DNA of 44,870 nucleotides from a virus. The stretch lies in the UHGV virus genome UHGV-0384602. The stretch is one strand, 5' to 3'. Shown here piece by piece: positions 39,205-44,870 of the stretch; positions within the stretch are counted from its first letter, which is position 1; each line of letters starts with the position of its first letter. Under the pieces are notes generated by a model, which was given only the letters and a program-made list of their open reading frames with translations, had not been told where the DNA came from and made no database searches. Made by a program: the position numbers and the translations under genes.

Positions 39205-39450
39205 TGATTTTATTTTGACTGATAGTGACCTGTTCGTTGCAACAAATTGATAAGCAATGCTTTTTTATAATGCCAACTTAGTATAAAAAAGCTGAACGAG
39301 AAACGTAAAATGATATAAATATCAATATATTAAATTAGATTTTGCATAAAAAACAGACTACAAAATACTGTAAAACACAACATATGCAGTCACTATGAAT
39401 CAACTACTTAGATGATATTAGTGACCTGTAACAGAGCATTAGCGCAAGGT
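39205..39450. other. attP: complete lambda attP (P-prime arm, core, P arm)
   Basis: Reverse complement of the lambda core GCTTTTTTATACTAA at 39278-39292. P-prime arm sequence next to int (..GATAGTGACCTGTTCGTTGCAACAAATTGATAAGCAATGC). P arm on the far side (..GCATAAAAAACAGACTACAAAATACTGTAAAACACAACATATGCAGTCACTATGAATCAACTACTTAGATG..). Both arms are phage-type. Confidence 0.85.
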
Positions 39451-39480
39451 GATTTTTTGTCCTCTTGCGCTAATTTTTTG
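39435..39480 (+). terminator. sib/tI-like retroregulator hairpin beyond attP
   Basis: TTAGCGCAAGG-TGATTTTTTGTCCT-CTTGCGCTAA followed by TTTTTT; resembles the lambda sib/tI hairpin in sequence and position. Confidence 0.5.
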
Positions 39481-39940
39481 TCAACTCACTGGGTTAGTTG
39501 AATTTACAACCATGCTCAGTATCTCGATAAGCGCAGGGAGATGATGCAGTGGTGGGCGGACTGGCTTGATGAAAGTGTGCTGTAATCCTCATATCCAACC
39601 TAAGAGATATGCACAATTTTGTGAATAAGATATTGAGAATTAGCAAAAGTTTTATTTTGCGTATCATCAATTCAGAATACAAAGTCACATGCTAATGTTC
39701 TGCATTGGTATCTTTTGCTTATCCATGTCTACATTATCGCCAAAATAATAGGTTTTGTCTATCAATTATTTGAATTACTTCCATGAAATTATAACGCACT
39801 TGTAATTTTTGATTATTTTTACCTCTCAAGTGTTTTGTTTCTTCTATCTCTTTGTATTTTTAGCGAAAGTATGCCATATTGCATTCTAATATAACGTGGC
39901 GTTGTTTCTGTTTAATGATTTAAATAGTTCAACATAATAT

Positions 39941-41116
39941 TTGCTAACAAATTATATCCAAGCAAATCATATGATATTATCATTACAATATATTAGAGGA
40001 ATAGCATCATTACTTGTTGTTTTATTCCACTTCAGATTCTTGCTAAATGAGCACTACTCTCAGAAAGATTTGGGTGACCTATTATTTGGGAATGGGCTGT
40101 CTGGAGTTGATATATTCTTCATATTAAGTGGATTTATCATCGTATACTCAACAAGAAAGAAGGAAGTTAATGATACTTTCTCATTCTCAATTAGAAGAAT
40201 ATTTAGAATATACCCATTACTAATCACATGCTGTTGCATGTATTACATAATAAACACTCAATTTCTAACCTATGCTACAGTTGAAAACTTTAGAACCTTA
40301 CTTATTTCCATCATTCCATTAAATATAAACTGGAATGAAGGCGCTCCATTCTTTGCCTATAATCTTTTGTACCCGGCCTGGACGATAACATATGAAATTG
40401 GTTTCTATGTTTTTTTCGGGGTATCAATGTCTATTTCGCATAAATACAGAACAATTATCTGTTCTGTTTTTATAATCATGGTGGTCTCATTTACACAATA
40501 CTATGTAAATGGAAATATATCATTTTCAGGTGATGTTAGTGCAGGGTTATTTACAGATAACTGGTTATTAGGATATACAAATGTTATTACATCTCCAATG
40601 ATGTATGAATTCGTTATTGGGATGTTTCTTTCTGAAATATTTACAAACATCAACGAAAGCAAAAGTATTAAAAGGATACTTTCAAAGTATTCGCTTCAAA
40701 TACTATGGATTTCATGTGGTATATCCATAATATTATTCATTATCCAGCGACCTTATGGGCATGGATTGAATGGATTTGGGACTATGGCGATGATACTTAT
40801 TGCATCATCATTAGTATATGAATACTGCAATATAACACCCAAAATAAAAATATTTAATTTCCTTGGTGAAATATCATATTCTTTATATCTAATTCACGCC
40901 GTGATACTTGCTTTGTTCTTCTATTATAAGGCAGACCTTGCTGAAATTGGCATAACTGGTGGATTTTCTGTGTTTTTTTCCTTGGTTATTATCTCAATAA
41001 CTGCATCATATCCAATATATATTCTCATTGAAAAGCCAATGATAAATATAGGTAAACGTTTAATTGACAAGAGAAATAAGAGCATTAACAAAAAAGAAAC
41101 CGAAATAACAGCGTGA
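39941..41116 (+). CDS. family-3 membrane acyltransferase (Oac/OafA-like; candidate O-antigen acetyltransferase)
   Basis: 391-aa polytopic membrane protein. N-terminal motif IRGIASLLVVLFHF (conserved Arg..His of acyltransferase family 3). Very AT-rich codon usage. Start may be the Met at 39971. Confidence 0.65.
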   Translation: MLTNYIQANHMILSLQYIRGIASLLVVLFHFRFLLNEHYSQKDLGDLLFGNGLSGVDIFFILSGFIIVYSTRKKEVNDTFSFSIRRIFRIYPLLITCCCMYYIINTQFLTYATVENFRTLLISIIPLNINWNEGAPFFAYNLLYPAWTITYEIGFYVFFGVSMSISHKYRTIICSVFIIMVVSFTQYYVNGNISFSGDVSAGLFTDNWLLGYTNVITSPMMYEFVIGMFLSEIFTNINESKSIKRILSKYSLQILWISCGISIILFIIQRPYGHGLNGFGTMAMILIASSLVYEYCNITPKIKIFNFLGEISYSLYLIHAVILALFFYYKADLAEIGITGGFSVFFSLVIISITASYPIYILIEKPMINIGKRLIDKRNKSINKKETEITA

Positions 41117-41153
41117 TAATGACAAAGTTAGTGCCGGGATACCCCGGCACTAT

Positions 41154-42491
41154 TTAATCTATTTCGTAAGTGACAGTGATTATCACTTCTGCATTATTAC
41201 CCAAAACATTTTGATATATATTCATATTACCTGATAATGTAGTTGCTCCAGTAAGAGTTATATAACTACTATTTGCATCAACCCTTGGAAGTAAAGCGGT
41301 AACTGCTGTTGTTAAATTATTATAGTAGCCTGTACTTCCAACATATGCAGCTTTATTGCTTGATACATATGGTAACCCTCCAATTCTGAAACCATCTCCT
41401 GACCCAATTAAAGTTATACCAAGGTGACATGTTGCCGTTATGATATTGCCACTCCTGACATAATTTCCTTTCTGCTGATAATATGTGGCATTACCACCTA
41501 CAGTCGGAATCCAAACTCCAGTTTCTATATCACCACATGACCAGTCTTCTGCTGTTGTTAGTTTTCCAGTAACAATAAATTTACTTCCACCACCAGAATT
41601 ATAAGGAACAAAAATTGGATTTATTCTTGCATAAGTGTTACCGGTCTGCTCATTAAGATCATTTCTATCAATAAGAACTTGACCATTTTCGAAGTTTGAA
41701 ATCTGGCAGTCTGTTACACTCCAGTCTCTTAACTTCACATCAGCATCCATGACACCAATAAGCTTACCAGCATTACCAATTTTTTCTTTATGCATATTTA
41801 CATACACATTTCTTACCGTAACAGACTGAGGGAACAGATAATTAGCAGGATTAGTTTTATCACTTAAAACAGATATTACCCAAGGTCTGTATTGAGTACT
41901 TACTTCACAATAAAATCCATCAATAAGCGTTCCAGATGCCGCTGGCCCAAGTAGTATTCCACCTGTAGAGTGATGCGCACTACCTCCAATTACTCTCCCC
42001 TTAACGCAGTTAATATAGGCAAAATATCCTAAATCTTGATTGTCATAGGCTGACATAGCACAGTCTCTAACTGTTACTCGAGAATTTCCTCCGTCATAAG
42101 CTGAGCCATCAGTTTTCTTACCAACTATTGATATAAAGTTACCAATAGCAACTCGACTATAAAAAGTTTTTTTATAACACCCCTCAATTAAAATATCCCA
42201 GTTTTCAAACTGAGCATATATATCATAAATGCTGGCATTCCCATAATCTATGAAATCACAATATCTTATTTTCGGCGTATAAACGGCACTTTTTATCTTT
42301 ATACCACCTAATGCTCTCTCCCCACCTGTGAATCTAATGCCAGTAACGGTGTAATCGCCTTGATAGAAATTATCTGCGGTAGGATTATTTTCGTCAGAAT
42401 CATCACCCAATATAATAGCAAATTCACTCCCTGAATAATTAATTGTCGCCCCCTTATTTGAATATATAGTTACAGGTCTTATAAACTCCAA
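41154..42491 (-). CDS. beta-helix (tailspike/depolymerase-like) protein, possibly truncated or frameshifted at its 5' end
   Basis: 445-codon ORF with repetitive G/N/T-rich beta-strand-like segments. No in-frame ATG: the frame opens after a TGA and the first usable start is TTG. A nearby ATG at 42574 is in another frame, separated by an A7 tract (42522-42528). Confidence 0.4.
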   Translation of the reverse strand: MEFIRPVTIYSNKGATINYSGSEFAIILGDDSDENNPTADNFYQGDYTVTGIRFTGGERALGGIKIKSAVYTPKIRYCDFIDYGNASIYDIYAQFENWDILIEGCYKKTFYSRVAIGNFISIVGKKTDGSAYDGGNSRVTVRDCAMSAYDNQDLGYFAYINCVKGRVIGGSAHHSTGGILLGPAASGTLIDGFYCEVSTQYRPWVISVLSDKTNPANYLFPQSVTVRNVYVNMHKEKIGNAGKLIGVMDADVKLRDWSVTDCQISNFENGQVLIDRNDLNEQTGNTYARINPIFVPYNSGGGSKFIVTGKLTTAEDWSCGDIETGVWIPTVGGNATYYQQKGNYVRSGNIITATCHLGITLIGSGDGFRIGGLPYVSSNKAAYVGSTGYYNNLTTAVTALLPRVDANSSYITLTGATTLSGNMNIYQNVLGNNAEVIITVTYEID

Positions 42492-42883
42492 AGAATTACT
42501 TATTAGATACTCTCCATAAGGAAAAAAATCTCAACTGGTGGTGAGTACTTTGGTCTGGAGTTTACGTAATTCATAATATTGATTACACCAACATCATAGA
42601 TAATCGCCACCTTCTGGCGAGGAGCTCCTGATGCAATTAATCGCCAGGCCTACGCCCATTATTCATGGGTAAATTTTGGACGGAGCCCCCAATTCCATCC
42701 TCAATTCTCCCTCGCACTGAGGAGTAGTAAGTGCAATTATTTAAAAAATCGCAAACAGAATATTATCATTTATTCTTGCATTCTGTTAATTAAAACCACA
42801 CATAAAAACGTTGATACTTGATAAGTAAGTAGAGTATTATTAATGGTTTTAATAACGAACCTTTTAATCATGAGAAGCCTCAA

Positions 42884-43909
42884 ATGACTAGTACCAATAA
42901 CATAACAAGAAAAAAAATGGATGGAGTAACAATCTTAAGATTTATAGCTGCTTTTTATGTGTTTATTTTTCACATTAACATGAGAGTCCCCGTTAATTTT
43001 GGAGAGCTTATTAATAAAACCATTAGCAATGGCGTCATTGGCATGAGTATTTTCTTCATGCTTTCTGGTTTTGTTTTGACTTATAATTACTATGGTTCCT
43101 TGTCAAACAATTACTTCAGGAAGCGAATAGCAAGAATATTTCCAGCCTATTTATTTTGTGGGCTTTTAACCCTCCCATTTTTGTTATCCAGCGATGCAAG
43201 CTTTTTAAAAATGATTGCAAGCATATTCTTGTTTGTTACTGGAATGCAATCATGGATTTATCAGACCTTCGATTTTTGGAATTTTAGCGGTACCTGGTCA
43301 ATATCAGTGGAATTGTTTTTTTATGCCCTGTTTCCATTTTTGATAAAAAACATCAACAAAAACAATGTAATTTATGTTTTACTTTTTTCATATTTATCTT
43401 CAGCATTATTAATCCCATTATCTGATATAATTCAGGGACCTGTAGTTTGGTCCGTATATTACGCAACTCCAATATACAGGTTACCAGAATTTGTGGTGGG
43501 CGTCTGTATCGCAATACTTTTTTTAAATGGCTATCGTGTTAACCATTATACATGGCTATTAAGCATTTTATTATTTCTGTATGCTACCACCCAGCAAAAC
43601 AATAACTCCATGGGGGTGAACTATCTCACAATTCCTGCGATATCAATTATGTTATTGCACCTGGCAAAAATCAACATCAAAAACAACATTGCAAACAGAG
43701 CGATCATTTACTTTGGAGATATAAGTTATTCGTTTTATTTGATGCAATTACCTATATTATATTACCTGGATCATAATAAAAACTCATTTATTCTTAACTA
43801 TGGTTTTTTTAGCTGGCTTGTACTTTTTGTTATTAATACTGCAATGGCATCATTATCTTATCACTTTCTGGAGAAGAACGATAAAATCAGAAAAATAATT
43901 ACATCCTGA
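42884..43909 (+). CDS. family-3 membrane acyltransferase (second copy, divergent)
   Basis: 341-aa polytopic membrane protein with ILRFIAAFYVFIFHIN (Arg..His motif), RIARIFPAY and FGDISYSFYLMQ blocks typical of acyltransferase family 3. AT-rich. Confidence 0.65.
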   Translation: MTSTNNITRKKMDGVTILRFIAAFYVFIFHINMRVPVNFGELINKTISNGVIGMSIFFMLSGFVLTYNYYGSLSNNYFRKRIARIFPAYLFCGLLTLPFLLSSDASFLKMIASIFLFVTGMQSWIYQTFDFWNFSGTWSISVELFFYALFPFLIKNINKNNVIYVLLFSYLSSALLIPLSDIIQGPVVWSVYYATPIYRLPEFVVGVCIAILFLNGYRVNHYTWLLSILLFLYATTQQNNNSMGVNYLTIPAISIMLLHLAKINIKNNIANRAIIYFGDISYSFYLMQLPILYYLDHNKNSFILNYGFFSWLVLFVINTAMASLSYHFLEKNDKIRKIITS

Positions 43910-43910
43910 T

Positions 43911-43936
43911 TTATTAGGGGGGTACCCCCCTAATAA
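43911..43936. terminator. perfect 26-bp palindrome (bidirectional terminator candidate)
   Basis: TTATTAGGGGGGTACCCCCCTAATAA is its own reverse complement. It lies between the convergent acyltransferase (+) and tail fibre assembly (-) genes. Confidence 0.5.
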
Positions 43937-43950
43937 TACACCACATAATT

Positions 43951-44361
43951 TCAACGTATTATCTCTGGCCTTTCTGGCCAGGTTATTTCTGGAATTAAGG
44001 ACAAATCCACTGACATTAAATTATTAACATATTCCTTCCATAACAAAAGATTGTTCTTGTTATTTTCACTTATAATACCGAGTAACAAATCTGACTGCCA
44101 GTTCATAATTAAACCATTAGCACTATCCAGCAGACACTGTCTTTCATTCTCTGCCTCACGAAGTAATTCATCATGTGTTTTTGGCGGCTGCGTAGGTGAC
44201 GAAAGCTTTCCCTTATCATAGAACCAACCAATTCTTACATTATCGGATACAGGTATAACTAACGCATTAGTTGGTTGCCAGGCACTCTCACCATCCCATA
44301 CCGCAATATTGGTAACAACACCATTTTCTATAACGGCATAGTTCATCACGCATACTCCCAA
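43951..44361 (-). CDS. tfa: tail fibre assembly protein (Tfa-like chaperone)
   Basis: 136-aa ORF immediately downstream of the fibre C-terminal region, overlapping its stop. ..MNYAVIENGVVTNIAVWDG.. resembles lambdoid/Mu-type Tfa N-termini (from memory). Confidence 0.6.
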   Translation of the reverse strand: MGVCVMNYAVIENGVVTNIAVWDGESAWQPTNALVIPVSDNVRIGWFYDKGKLSSPTQPPKTHDELLREAENERQCLLDSANGLIMNWQSDLLLGIISENNKNNLLLWKEYVNNLMSVDLSLIPEITWPERPEIIR

Positions 44362-44870
44362 ATGATTGCAATACCAGCCATTCCGCTACCTCCGGCACGC
44401 TGCTGCGTCGCTCCACCGTAGACACAGGCACCACCGCCTCCACCACCATGGCCATTAGCATTAATACCTTCGCCTACAATGGCTTGTGACCCAGCCCCCG
44501 CACCAAGGATTGAATCGCCGCCAGGCCCCCCCATCGCCAGACTGCCGGAATACCGAACGCCTGGTGAGCTATAACCGCTTCCAGACCCGATAATATTTGC
44601 ACCTGTAAATCCCGGCTCAGTATATGCTCCATACGGACCAACAACCCCTGGAGCAGTTCCTTCAGCAAGAACATTCCCACCAAGGCCACCTTTGGCAATT
44701 ATGGTATTGCCGAAAGAGGTTGTTCCCCCGGGAGCACCAACCGACGCACTTGCACCAGTGCCACCATATCCGATTGTCACAGTAGTTACGGTTGGATTAT
44801 CCACGCGAGCTTTAACATACTCCCCGGACATCCCCCCGCCACCACAAGCAGCATTATTGGGATAACCGAC
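44346..44870 (-). CDS. tail fibre protein, glycine-rich C-terminal part (partial; gene runs off window end)
   Basis: Frame is open from the window end (VGYPNNAACGGGGMSGEYVKARVDNPTV..) to the stop at 44346. Extremely Gly-rich (GGTGASASVGAPGG.., NGHGGGGGGACVYGG), typical of fibre distal domains. Followed by tfa. Confidence 0.55.
   Translation of the reverse strand, partial: VGYPNNAACGGGGMSGEYVKARVDNPTVTTVTIGYGGTGASASVGAPGGTTSFGNTIIAKGGLGGNVLAEGTAPGVVGPYGAYTEPGFTGANIIGSGSGYSSPGVRYSGSLAMGGPGGDSILGAGAGSQAIVGEGINANGHGGGGGGACVYGGATQQRAGGSGMAGIAIIWEYA

Noticed and set aside
39494-39688. 64-aa minus-strand ORF in the AT-rich spacer after sib
   Set aside because: Low-complexity hydrophobic translation in AT-rich DNA with no RBS; more likely promoter/spacer sequence for the acyltransferase island.
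43951-44870. Invertible tail-fibre segment (Mu G-segment/P1 C-segment type) or diversity-generating retroelement
   Set aside because: No Gin/Pin-type invertase, no alternative fibre/tfa copy in inverse orientation, no flanking inverted repeats, and no reverse transcriptase in the window.
1-44870. CRISPR array or other long tandem repeat arrays
   Set aside because: No series of regularly spaced direct repeats was seen; the only repeat clusters are the ori iterons, the IS subterminal repeats and operator half-sites.

Overview
The window reads as an almost complete, circularly permuted genome of a mosaic lambdoid temperate phage from an enterobacterial host. All calls rest on reading the six-frame translations and on remembered lambda, P22 and phage 21 protein sequences and gene lengths; no database search was run. 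Minus strand, 1-19588: tail fibre 5' part, baseplate genes, tape measure, a frameshifted tail chaperone, tube, sheath, head genes, portal and terminase, i.e. a contractile-tail (Mu-like) module, not lambda's. Minus strand, 20018-24170: a phage-21-type lysis cassette (spanins Rz/Rz1, SAR endolysin, pinholin) in which the holin is split by an intact IS21-family element. Then two tRNA-like genes, Q, a lambda-like nin region (ninG, ninF, ninE, ninB, plus a phosphatase and a Dam-like methylase that both look inactivated), ren, P, O with ori iterons, and a P22-type immunity region (c1-like, cro, c2 repressor). Plus strand, 31080-39204: a lambda-like PL operon (N-like, sieB on the opposite strand, ral, ea10, cIII, kil, gam, bet, exo, small orfs, xis, int) followed by a complete lambda attP and sib hairpin. 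Beyond attP lies an AT-rich accessory island with two family-3 acyltransferases flanking a beta-helix ORF, then the tail fibre assembly gene and the tail fibre 3' part running off the window end. The most interesting items are that accessory island (candidate serotype-conversion module), a lipoprotein moron with its own terminator inside the baseplate operon, and the IS-disrupted holin.
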